Origin: Octopus sinensis
Lineage: Eukaryota
DNA: 64,000 nt
Assembly (NCBI RefSeq): GCF_006345805.1
Contig: NC_043000.1
Coordinates: forward strand, 150,226,001-150,290,000
Direction of reading: 5' to 3'
This document shows positions 11,611 through 61,420 of this stretch, piece after piece; positions within the stretch are counted from its first letter, which is position 1; each line of letters opens with the position of its first letter. The notes below the pieces were generated by a model. It ran no database searches. It had not been told where the DNA came from and saw nothing but the letters and a program-made list of their open reading frames with translations. Made by a program: the position numbers and the translations under genes.

Positions 11611-14282
11611 GGCAACTGGACGTTTCTAAGGGACAACCTGCTGAGAGCCACTGACCAGATCTGTGGCTGGTGCAAGGTCCCCTCTCGTCCCAAGGTAACG
11701 TGGTGGTGGAACAGTGTTGTAGACAGGGCTATTAGAGAAAAGAGACAGACTTGGAAGCACTGGAAGAATGGTGGTAGCAGGGAATTGTATCAGACTGCTA
11801 AAAGGGAAGCTAGGAGACAGGTCTATCTAGCCAGAGGGGAAGCAGATAAGAAAAAATTTGCCAATGTTCTGCGCTGTGAGGACCAAAGACTGGAGGTGTT
11901 TCGCGTTGCAAGACTGTGTGAGAGAGAATTGTGATGTGGTGGGAGAGAAGTGTGTTCGCATGGAAGATGGTTCACTTGCGCTAAATGAGGATGCAAAGAG
12001 AGAGGTTTGGAGACGCCACTATGAAAGGTTGCTGAATAAAGAGAATGAATGGGATAAAGAGAGTCTGCCGAACGTTGACCCAACAGAGGGACCAGCTATC
12101 AGAGTTGATAGTTCCTTGGTAGTTAAGGCAATTAGAAGCATGAAGACAGGGAAAGCCCCAGGCCCATCAGGTATCACTGCAGAGATGCTCAAAATATCTG
12201 GTAGTGTCGGCTATAGCCTAGTCACCCATATAGTTAATCAGGTGATACACGAAGGAGTCATACCCAATGACTGGTGTAGCAGCATAATAGTCAACTGCTA
12301 CAAAGGTAAAGGTGACGCCCTAGATACAAATAATTACAGAGGTATCAAGCTGTTGGATCAGGTAATAAAGGTTACAGAGAGGGTCATAGCCCAACTAATT
12401 AGAGAGAGAGTTAGTTTAGATGAGATGCAGTTTGGGTTCGTGCCAGGGAAAAGTACCACTGATGCTATATTCCTGGTAAGGCAGCTGCAGGAGAAATACC
12501 TAGCCAAAGATAAGCCCCTGTACCTGGCTTTCGTTGACATGGAGAAAGCCTTCGACAGGATCCCCCCAATCCCTCATCTGGTGGTCAATGAGGAAACTAG
12601 GGATAGATGAATGGTTAGTGAGAGCTGTGCGAACCATGTACAGGGACGCTGCTAGTAAGGTGAGGGTTGGCAACGAGTACAGTGAAGAATTCCGGGTAGA
12701 GGTAGGGGTCCACCAAGGCTCAGTCCTCAGCCCCCTCCTATTTATCATAGTCCTCCAGGCAATAACGGAGGAATTCAAGACAGGATGCCCCTGGGAGCTC
12801 CTCTATGCTGATGACCTTGCTCTAATTGCTGAGTCACTATCAGAACTGGAGGAGAAGTTTCAGGTGTGGAAGCAAGGTTTAGAATTGAAGGGCCTTAGAG
12901 TCAATCTAGCTAAAACCAAAGTCGTAATAAGTAGGAAGGTAGACAAATCACAAACGCCTTCAGGTAGATGGCCCTGCTCGATCTGTAGAAAAGGCGTAGG
13001 TAGGAACTCTATAAGATGCACCAAGTGTAAGCTATGGACACATAAGAGGTGCAGCAATGTCAAAGAAAGGCTAACTAGGAAGATGGTTTTTGTATGTGGC
13101 AGATGCTCGAGAGCATTAACCTCTGAAAATCTGCAGAAAACAACTTCCGTCACTTTCCAGGGGGAAAAACTAGAAGTAGTTGATAGCTTCCGTTATCTTG
13201 GTGACCAAGTCAGTAGTGGGGGTGGGGGTGCTGAAAGTGTAACGGCTAGAGTAAGAATAGCCTGGGCAAAGTTTAGGGAGCTCTTACCTCTGCTGGTGAC
13301 TAAAGGCCTCTCGCTCAGAGTAAAAGGCAGACTGTATGATGCATGTGTACTAACAGCCATGCTACATGGCAGTGAAACATGGGCCGTGACTGCTGAGGAC
13401 ATGCGTAAGTTCGCGAGAAATGAAGCCAGTATGCTCTGATGGATGTGTAATATCAGTGTGCATGCTCGACAGAGCGTTAGTACCCTGAAAGAAATGTTGG
13501 ACCTAAGGAGCATCAGTTGTGGTGTGCAAGAGAGACGATTGCGCTGGTATGGTCATGTGGCGAGAATGGATGAAGATAGGTGTGTGAAAAAGTGCCAATC
13601 CCTAGCAGTGGAGGGAACCCGTGGAAGAGGTAAACCCAGGAAAACTTGGGACGAGGTGGTGAAGCACGACCTTCGAACTTTAGGTCTCACTGAGGAAATG
13701 ACCAGCGACCGAGACCTTTGGAAATATGCTGTGCGTGAAAAGACCAGGCTGGACAAGTGAGTCCAGCCCACTTATGCATGCCTTTCCTCCCTTGGACACA
13801 CAAAGACCTGTTGAAGCAAGCGAAGTCGATATCGAACCTCATCCGACGACAGGCACCTATGCCAACCCCCCTTTGCTTGCGAAGACCTGTTGGGGCAAGT
13901 GAAATCGAAATCGAAATTGAACCAATCCTATGACTTGCACCCGGCAGATGCCAGGACCCCTGGACTGGAGATATGTAAAAAGCACTGTCCGAATCGTGGC
14001 CGAAGCCAGTGCCACCTCGACTGGCTTCCGTGCAGGTGGCACGTAAAATGCACCAATCCGACCGTGGCCGATGCCAGCCTCGCCTGGCACCAGTGCAGGT
14101 GGCACATAAAAAGCACCCACTACACTCACGGAGTGGTTGGCGTTAGGAAGGGCATCCAGCTGTAGAAACATTGCCAGATAAGACCGGAGCCTGGTGCAGC
14201 CTTCTGGCTTCCCAGATCCCCGGTCGAACTGTGCAACCCATGCTAGCATGGAGAACAGACGTTAAACGATGATGATGATGAT
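11608..14282 (+). mobile_element. RTE-clade non-LTR retrotransposon, 5'-truncated and inactive (RT pseudogene)
   Basis: RT motifs KAPGPSG, NYRGIKLL, QFGF..GKSTTDAIF, FVDMEKAFD, GVHQGSVLSPLLF, LLYADD, YLG. Frameshifts near 11912 and 12565, in-frame TGA at 13437, ORF end 13760, then 3' UTR and (GAT)n. Confidence 0.95.
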
Positions 14283-14975
14283 ATATATAATTTCATTAAA
14301 ACAATTATTAATAGTAATCTTCTCATGTAGAAGACAATTTTTTTAATCCAGTTTTCTATCTGGCTAAAGTGTTCATGAGAAACTTATACAAAAGAAAGTT
14401 TAATGGCTCTTTTTTAATCCATATCTTTTTGTTTATTTAAATTTTTTCCAAGTTATAAGGATTCTATACAGATCTACAACTGTTCCTCCTACAAAACTGC
14501 TGGTGGTCTTAAGCCTCACCATCCCAGCTACCGAGTTGCATAAACAAAGACTAAGCCCATAACTCTTATTATCCAAGGATAAGACTATTTCACTTTATAA
14601 GTCAGCTATGGCCAATACAGAGCAAGCCACTTAAATTTATCCAGCACATTAATTTATTTAATCATAACTCAGATATTTATGGTTGACTTCTAGTTTTATT
14701 AATGTTAATTCTTTTATAGACCTTAGTGGTTTACTAGATCTGCAGACCCTGTCGCATTAAGTGAACATACATATCTCCTCCAGGATAGTACACCAGTCTA
14801 TCATCAAAAGTAACTTTTCTAAGGAAACACACTATTTTCAGAGCTACTGCTTATACGAGTGAATAGTGCCATTTTGCAATACATGGTGAGGGCCATGATT
14901 GGAATCTTAGCCATGGGCATACCACATCACACATGACAGGATATGAATCAACAATTCCTTAACTGGTTGCCCAAT

Positions 14976-15358
14976 GGAAGCACTCCGTCAGTTACGGCAA
15001 CGAGGGTTCCGGTTGATCCGATCAACGGAACAGCCTCCTCATGAAATGAACGTGCAAGTGGCTGAGCACTCCACAGACACGTGCACCCTTAACGTAGTTC
15101 TCGGGGATATTCAGCGTGACACAGAGAGTGACAAGGCCGGCCCTTTGAAATACAGGTACAACAGAAACAGGAAGTAAGAGTGAGAGAAAGTTGTGGTGAA
15201 AGAGTACAGCAGGGATCACCACCATCCCCTGCCGGAGCCTCATGGAGCTTTAGGTGTTTTCGCTCAATAAACACTCACAACGCCCGGTCTGGGAATCGAA
15301 GCCGCGATCCTACGACCGCGAGTCCGCTGCCCTAACCACTGGGCCATTGCGCCTCCAC
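14976..15358 (-). mobile_element. SINE family 2, full length
   Basis: 11-bp TSD GGTTGCCCAAT at 14965-14975 and 15359-15369. Confidence 0.92.
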
Positions 15359-15577
15359 GGTTGCCCAATAACCTACCTATAACTCTGTTGATTTTTTAAT
15401 CATTGTAAAACCTAAAGACTATAAGAAGGTTCAGTGCCACAAATCAGTTCTGCATATACAATGTTTCTTTACCAAGCAAACACCTTCTCTCTTGTTATCT
15501 CCAGAACCAATAGAGATCCACATTCTCTCCCTTTGTCATCACAAACCATCTTTTATACATACCTATTAACTAGCAAT

Positions 15578-16351
15578 ATACCTATTTCTTTATTACCCAC
15601 AAGGGGCTAAACACAGAGGGGACAAACAAGGACAGACATAGGTATTAAGTCGATTACATCGACCCCAGTGCGTAACTGGTACTTAATTTATCGACCTCAA
15701 AAGGATGAAAGGCAAAGTCGACCTCGGCAGAATTCGAACTCAGAACGTAACGGCAGATGAAATACCTATTTCTTTATTACCCACAAGGGGCTAAACACAG
15801 AGGGGACAAACAAGGACAGACATAGGTATTAAGTCGATTACATCGACCCCAGTGCGTAACCAGTACTTAATTTATCAACCTCGAAAGGATGAAAGGCAAA
15901 GTCGTCCTCGGCGGAATTCGAACTCAGAACGTAACGGCAGATGAAATACCTATTTCTTTATTACCCACAAGGGGCTAAACACAGAGGGGACAAACAAGGA
16001 CAGACATAGGTATTAAGTCGATTACATCGACCCCAGTGCATAACTGGTACTCAAAAGGATGAAAGGCAAAGTCGACCTCGGCAGAATTCGAACTCAGAAC
16101 GTAACGACAGACAAAATACCTATTTCTTTATTACCCACAAGGGGCTAAACACAGAGGGGACAAACAAGGACAGACATAGGTATTAAGTCGATTACATCGA
16201 CCCCAGTGCGTAACCAGTACTTAATTTATCGACCTCAAAAGGATGAAAGGCAAAGTCGACCTCGGCGGAATTCGAACTCAGAACGTAACGGCAGACGAAA
16301 TACTGCTCAGCATTTCGCCCGGCGTGCTAATGTTTCTGCCAGCTCGCCGCC
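15578..16351 (-). repeat. Tandem array of SINE family 3: one full copy plus three head-truncated units
   Basis: Units start at 15578, 15762, 15946 and 16116 (periods 184, 184, 170). Confidence 0.93.
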
Positions 16352-18052
16352 AGACATATACCAAAATATCCACCCCTCTAAAAACTCAAGACAGGAAGAA
16401 CAATAACATATAAACAGTATTTTAGACTCATGAAGTTCTGCAACACAAAATAGAAATCAGAAGAGACTGCTAGACATCCAGTTAATCCGAGTTTTAAGTA
16501 GATATATATTAATGCTAATAGAAGTACAGTTATGGTTGTGTGGTGAAGAAGTTTGAGTCCCAACCATGTGCTTTTCATGTTCAGTGTCATCTACCATAGC
16601 CCCAAGTTATGTGAATTTGGTTGGCATAAAGTGGAAGAAGCCCATCTTGTATGTATGAGCTCATACTTCTCTCATATTCACATGTATTCACTGATTGTGA
16701 ACAATAACTTCACTGATGGTGTTATTTGCTTGCAGTCTGCTGCAAAAGTATGTCCGTACTTTCTGACTTGATACACAATCTTTGTGAACAAAAGGCTCAT
16801 TCATAGTGTAGTTTGTTTACAGTCTTCTGTATAAAAATGCATGGGCTGTTTGTTGCTTAGAGACAAGCGTAGAAGAGTATCCAGCCATAAGGAAACTCTG
16901 CCCCAACATACTCTCATCTCCCCCACCCAAGCATGGACAAGTAAATGTTGAAATAATGATGAGTCTCTATAAAGACTGGCCTTTGTCGTTAGCTTTATTG
17001 TAGTCACTTACTCATATATTTCTCTAGTGAATTTATCCACTGATAGAAATAGCATATTTTGTCCATTTTACGTACATGTAGGGCCATGAAAAGCCAACAC
17101 ATTCCATGCACACACAAATACAAAAATAATATACCATCATCCTCATTTTATGTCTACTTTCCCTGCTGGCTTGGAGTGGACAGGTTGCCATTTATAGTCA
17201 GTCCCTATTCAGAGGTACTACTCACCAAAGTATATCAGAAGACTACATCTTGTATTTTATTTTTGGTTTGGTTTCAACAGCTGGATGCCCTTCCCAACAC
17301 CCAATTTACAGGGTACACTTTTCCCTTATTTCTTTCTTTAAGTTTCAGAAATTTCTACAAAATTTTTTTAATATTCTAAACAACATAATATATGCTCTCA
17401 TAAAAAATATCAAAATGTTTTGCCCTTTTTTCAATCCTTTCCCCTTATTAATTAATCATCAATCCAAGTTTCAGTTCCTCACAGAGCTCCACCTGTTCTG
17501 CTTTAGAAGCTTTCTGCCAATCTGCTGCCTTTCCCTGAAGAAAGACTTTGTTCAAGAACTTGGATTTTCCACTTTACAAGTGGCTCAACAAAAATCTCTA
17601 ACATAGACCAAAGCTTATTTATTTTCCATCACCCTCTATATATTTATTTTCTTTTCACTGCCACCCCAACCTTAATTATATTTCCTCCTAGGTTTTGCCT
17701 TCAATAAACCTAATAACACAAAGTTATTTTAATAAAATTATCCAAGTTTTTTATTATTTTCAAAATTAAAGAAACAGGCAGATTATTTCACCAGAAATAT
17801 CAAATTATCAGTGTCAATCCAATTTACTTGATCCCTTAATAATGGTTTACAAGCAGTATCTCCATGGACAGTTAAAAAGGTTACTCAGACCCTGATGAAA
17901 TCCCAACACATGATTTTGAAGTATTCCAACTGATCCTTCTGTTTCTGATCACAAAGACAGCGTGAAGTATTTAAATCTATAGTACATACAGTACAGCATT
18001 AGAAATTTGGTCCCAAAAGTGTTGAACTGTGAGCATATCAAAGTTCAGAAGA

Positions 18053-18433
18053 GAGGAGTGGCTGTGTGGTAAGTAGCTTGCTTACCAACCACATGGTTGC
18101 GGATTCATTCCCACTGCGTGGCACCTTGGGCGTCTTCTGCTATAGCCTCGGGCCTACCAAAGCCTCATAAGTGGATTTGGTAGACGGAAACTGAAAGAAG
18201 CATGTCATACATGTGTGTATAGGTTTGTATGTCTGTGTTTGTCCCCACCCAACATCGCTTGACAACCGATGGTGGTGTGTTTACGTCCACGTAACTTAGC
18301 GGTTCGGCAAAAGATACCAATAGAATAAATACTAGACTTACAAGGAATAAGACCTGGGTCAATTTGCTCGACTAAAGGTGGTGCTCCAGCATGGCCACAG
18401 ACAAATGACTGAAACAAGTAAAAGAGTAAAGAG
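18053..18433 (+). mobile_element. SINE family 1
   Basis: Head-to-tail match to the other family 1 copies. Confidence 0.88.
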
Positions 18434-18575
18434 TATCAGGAATCTAAATACATTTTTTTTTCTATAACAAAGCTAATAAATTATGTGACAAAAAATAATA
18501 AATACATTTTGATGCTACACTGAACATTCCTTCATTATGAAGCAATAATCCAGTAAGTTAAGGTACTACAATACT

Positions 18576-18807
18576 TATTTCTTTATTACCCACAAGGGGC
18601 TAAACATAGAGGGGGCAAACAAGGACAGACATAGGTATTAAGTCGATTACATCGATCCCCGAGCGTAACTGGTACTTAATTTATCGACCCCGAAAGGATG
18701 AAAGGCAAAGTCGACCTCGGACGAATTTGAACTCAGAACGCAGTGGCAGACGAAATACCGCAAAGCATTTCGCCCGGCGTCCTAACGTTTCTGCCAGCTC
18801 GCCACCT
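18576..18807 (-). mobile_element. SINE family 3, full-length monomer
   Basis: 13-bp TSD GTACTACAATACT at 18563-18575 and 18808-18820. Confidence 0.92.
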
Positions 18808-18863
18808 GTACTACAATACTGACCAGGTGGTCATCAGTTCAAACCTTACTGTCATAGTGATAT

Positions 18864-19215
18864 AATAATAATAATGAAATTATTGTATACAGTGCTCAGG
18901 TGCACCACAACTTGTCAGAAAGTGCATATAAAGTACATGCAGTAATGTAGAAATGTCTGGAAAGCGAACAATGCATGAGTCAGATACATGCTTGTGTGTG
19001 TATGGAGGGGAGAAAATCAGGTGTAGTGTTGGCGAATCTCAGGAAGCATGGAAGTTTTGAAGGATGCAGTGCTCCGACAACTAACAACTGATGCTGGTAG
19101 TTTGTTCCATGCTTCAGCAACTCTCAGCGTGAAAAAATGTTTCCTGAAGTCATGGGAACTGTGCTGTTTTCTTACTTTGTAAATATGTCCACGGGTGTTA
19201 GATACTCTTGTGCTC
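18864..19215 (-). mobile_element. CR1-group LINE 3' end
   Basis: SNTRGHIYKVRKQHSSHDFRKHFFTLRVAEAWNKLP; (ATT)n tail. Confidence 0.82.
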
Positions 19216-19476
19216 TTGAGTAACACACAATTCTGCTCCCTCAGTTTGCTTGGGTTGTCACAGGCTTTAAATTCACTTTATGTTTCAGTAGATAACAGGA
19301 GAGACAGTATCATCATCATTTAACTTTCCTTGCTTGTATGGTTCAGGTAGAATTTGTTGAGTGAGATTTTCTACAGCTTGATGCCCTTCCTGTCACCAAC
19401 TGTCATGCTTCCAGGCAAGGTAATATTTCCCAACAACCAGCCATGTTTTTCATGGAAGACTAGAAACAAACAAATG

Positions 19477-19963
19477 ACATGCATAAGATCTGGTCATCAA
19501 ATCTAAGTAGAGACTTCAAACTTGAAATCTTCAAAGCCACAGTCGAACCAATTCTACTATATGGCTCAGAAACCTGGACGTTATCAAAGAAGCTTGAGAG
19601 GCGGTTGGATGGAACCTACACTCGCCTCCTTATGAGAGCTCAAAATCTCTCGTGGAAGCGCTATCCAACCAAAATGCAAATATATGGGAAACTACCACCT
19701 GTGTCATCTCTTGTGAAAGGTAAGAGAGTCCAGTTTGCTGGAAATTGTTGTAGAGCTGAAAACGAGGCAATTTCTACTCTTTTCCTCTGGAAGCCATCTA
19801 CTCGCAATGCCAGAGGACGCACACTCTCCTACCCTGATGTAATCTCCAGGAATACAGGCATCCAGCAACAGGACCTCCGTAATGCCATGATGGACCGTGA
19901 AGTCTGACGTAGCATGGTAAATTCCATTGTCTCGACCACGGTCGAACAATGATGATGATGATG
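19477..19963 (+). mobile_element. 3' end of a second, distinct RTE-like LINE family
   Basis: KATVEPILLYGSETWTLSKKLERRLDGTYTRLLM..FAG.C.R..GRTLSY; the frame runs into a (TGA)n tail. Confidence 0.8.
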
Positions 19964-20171
19964 AGAAACAAACATTAGTTATGCTCATTTACAACTACCA
20001 CATCATGCCAAGACCAGGTTGGACACACACACACACACACACACACACGTGTAACAGGTTTCTTCCGACTTCCATCTACCAAATCCACTCACAAACATTT
20101 GGACACATGTCCAAGGTGTCATACAGTGGGATTGAAAGCAAGACTACTTGGTTAGGAAACAAGCTTCTTAA

Positions 20172-20600
20172 CCCTTTAGTGTTTAAACCGGCCATATCCG
20201 GCCCAAATATTCTACATGTTTTATATTCAAACTGGCCATATCTAGCCTCTCACACCTAACCTACACTGACATTCTTAAAATAAACAATCACATCACTGAA
20301 ACCTCAAAAGCTATAAGATAATGCAGAATTAATTCAAAACAATTTGAGTGAAAAAATATTACATTTAGCAGAGTAATCTGAACACTAAAGGGTTAAACCG
20401 GCCATATCCGGCCAAAATATTTAATCCGTTTTATGTTCAAACTGACCAGATCCAGGCCCTCACACCTACCCTACAATGTTATTCTACATTAAGTAATTAC
20501 ACCATCAAGATCTTGAAGATATGAGATAATGCATGATTAATTCAAATCAATGGGAATCAATAGGCATTATGTTTGATTGAATAATCTGAACACTAAAGGG
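20172..20600. mobile_element. Head-to-tail dimer of a TTAA MITE inserted in a SINE family 1 remnant
   Basis: TTAA|CCCTTTAG...CTAAAGGG|TTAA at 20393 and again at 20601. Confidence 0.85.
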
Positions 20601-20832
20601 TTAACTATACAGCCATGCCTATTCCTATACCTATACAACTGCTCTCACATATGGAAATGACAAAATTTGCTATAACAAAAATCCAAGACATATCAGCATG
20701 GGAAAATGGACAGAAAGCAAGCGATCATTAAAAAAAAAACATGTCAATAGAAATGTAACTATAAAAATTTAAAGAACTATGTAAATAATTTTATGCAATT
20801 AGTTGATCAAATTTAGAAGTCTAATTTATACT

Positions 20833-21208
20833 AAAACTAGCAGTATGCCCAGCGTTGCTCGGGTTTGTAAGGGAAATAACTATATAAGCATTTTTAGAGA
20901 TGTAAAGTATAATAGCCATCTCAATATGGCTAACCACAAAGGGGAGGGGTGTTACTAATAAATTTTTAGAGAGTTACTTCCCTTATACATGCCAAAAATG
21001 CATTAAAAATGGGAAAAATTGATGGTAAATTTTTTTTAAATCGTAGACTCATCGTAGACGCGCGCTAATACCCAGAAGGGCTCGATATGAATCACGACTA
21101 CAAGATACCCGGTTTTGGTTAAACTGCACCGCAAAATGTGGGAGTAGTTAGGAATCTAAATCGTAGGAGACAGACACTCACACAACCTCTCTTTTATATA
21201 TAAAGATA
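20833..21208 (+). mobile_element. Non-autonomous Helentron/DINE-1-like element (HINE)
   Basis: Starts ACTAG..CCCAGCGTTGCTCGGG (short hairpin); ends GACAGACA..TTTTATATATAAAGAT. Confidence 0.55.
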
Positions 21209-21389
21209 AAGTGACTACTTTAGTGCAAGCTAATCTAATTAATTAACAAAATGAAGTGTCAAAGACAAAATATATTAAGTAAAAACCACAATAATTGTTA
21301 TACAATACAGTAATGTTTTAAAAACTAAAACAATGTTTTTTATAACATTGATTAAAGATTAAATAAAAAATGTTGATATATAAATACAT

Positions 21390-22419
21390 ACACAAGTAAC
21401 TGATGAGTACAATTTTATTACTCCATAAATTTATTTTGAAAAACCTGTTTGCTTATATTTAAATTTACATTACATTTATCTTTGCTTATATAGCTTTAAA
21501 TTTAATAAAGCATCACAAGCAAAATGGTGTCCTAAGGATGATGTGGGATTAAGTTCACATTTAAAGACGTTCCATTTTAATTTTCCTTACAGAGAAGAGA
21601 GTGGGGTCCAGAGAAATAACTTAAAGGTGATCTAGCCAGGATGACCCTGCAGTTTACATGGACATATGAAACTGTAGAATAAAAAGTAAATAGTAAATAG
21701 AATTTGGTTGTTTTGTAGATTAATCAGAAATATTCCCTAAAGAAGTGTAATTTGTTACATTCTCCACTGAGGTATCAGAAGATTGAAATGTCAAGGGAAA
21801 AAAATGAGTCAAAAGAAAAGAAACTTTTATGAAAGACCAGACTAGGAAGTTGCAAAGCACTCCAGGTTAACTGCTTCCTTCTTTTAAAATAACAAAACCA
21901 CTTCTATTTTTGTCTCTACACAATCTCTGTATTAATGGTACGATAATTAGTACAAGATTGTGGTGAAAATATTAAGGATCAAGCAATTTTATGTTGATAG
22001 TTTGGAGATAAAGTCAACAATATGAGAGCATAATTTAAAATTTGGTTGTAAGATCCGTGGTTAGTTGTTGCTGAAAGGTTTCTCTGTATAAATAAAAACA
22101 GGAAGTTAAGTTGATAATAATGGTTTTATTTTTTTTAGTTTTGGGAAAGGGCCTTTTTAATGCAAGTATGATGAGAAAAATATTATAATCCATTTTTTTC
22201 TTTTTTTTCTTTTTTTTTTTTCTTTGCCAACATCCACAGCAACAGATAAATTTGAACATCTGCAGAAGAGTTATCCACAGCAGTAGATACATTTGACAAT
22301 TATACGCTGCAGAGTTAGCATCCTTCCTAGTAGATGATACAAGCACAGTTTCACTAGTCATCAGAGAGTTATGTAATTTGCAGCAAAATTCATTAGGATA
22401 ATTAAAAGCTCATTGAAGC
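21390..22419 (-). terminator. Putative VPS4 3' UTR with polyadenylation signals
   Basis: About 1 kb with no recognisable repeats. Minus-strand AATAAA at 22125-22130, 21430-21435 and 21414-21419; the last is followed by a GT/T-rich tract. The cleavage site is inferred. Confidence 0.55.
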
Positions 22420-60646
<38,227 letters not shown>

Positions 60647-60850
60647 GGATGCTTCTGTTATCGCTTGAAGACCCAATAAATGTAATGAAATGGTTGATGA
60701 AAATAAGCAATTCAAGTCCAAAATGGAAAGCTTACGACTTCCTGCTATGCAAGCGCCTCTTGTGGCAAAAGCTGTTAAACACACACTATAAAGAAACATA
60801 ACTTGTCCTTCCTTGCATCATTTAATTGATATAACGTTACTCTGCTTCGT
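60647..60850 (-). promoter_or_regulatory. Putative VPS4 5' UTR and core promoter
   Basis: Unique sequence between the ATG and a SINE at 60852; minus strand has AGGAAGT (ETS-like) next to TTTCCATTTTG (YY1-like). The transcription start site is not determinable. Confidence 0.45.
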
Positions 60851-60851
60851 T

Positions 60852-61060
60852 CTCTTTACTCTCTTTTACTTGTTTCAGTCATTTGACTGCGGCCATGCTG
60901 GAGCACCACCTTTTTTAATCGAGCAACTCGACCCTGGGACTTATTCTTTTTTTGTATGCCCAGTACTTATTCTATCAGTCTCTTTTGCCGAACCGCTAGG
61001 TGACGGGGACGTAAACACACCAGCATCGGTTGTCAAGCAATGCTAGGGGGACAAACACAG

Positions 61061-61107
<47 letters not shown>

Positions 61108-61420
61108 CGATTAGTTTATATTTTGTTTTTTCCTTTTTTGCAAATGTTAGGATCCCGTTATAATCGTGTTAATCGTTATAATCGTGTTAATTTGTTAATT
61201 AGGAATGTGTGAGGTGAAAGTTCACTACAATTTTTTTTTTTTTTTTTTTTTGTAATATACATATATACGACAGGCTTCTTTCAGTTTCCGTCTACCAAAT
61301 CCACTCACAAGGCATTGGTCGGCCCGGGGCTATAGCAGAAGACACTTGCCCAAGATGCCACGCAGTGGGACTGAACCCAGAACCATGTGGTTGGTTAGCA
61401 AGCTACTTACCACACAGCCA
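60852..61420 (-). mobile_element. SINE family 1 interrupted by an insert of about 148 bp
   Basis: Tail half 60852-61104, insert 61105-61252, head half 61253-61420. Confidence 0.85.

Noticed and set aside
11858-13760. Three large ORFs read as an active retrotransposon or a host RT gene
   Set aside because: They form one 5'-truncated ORF2 with two frameshifts and an internal TGA, and no endonuclease domain is present
17440-17990. Protein-like minus-strand frames (QKASKAEQVELCEELKL; CTIDLNTSRCLCDQ) and a CTGATGA at about 17892
   Set aside because: No consistent splice sites, no recognisable family, and no GAAA or stems for a ribozyme; a translated database search would be needed
22335-22370. 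CUGAUGA-CUAGU-GAAAC in the VPS4 3' UTR sense strand
   Set aside because: Only 5 nt are available for stem II and there is no stem I complementarity; treated as a chance match
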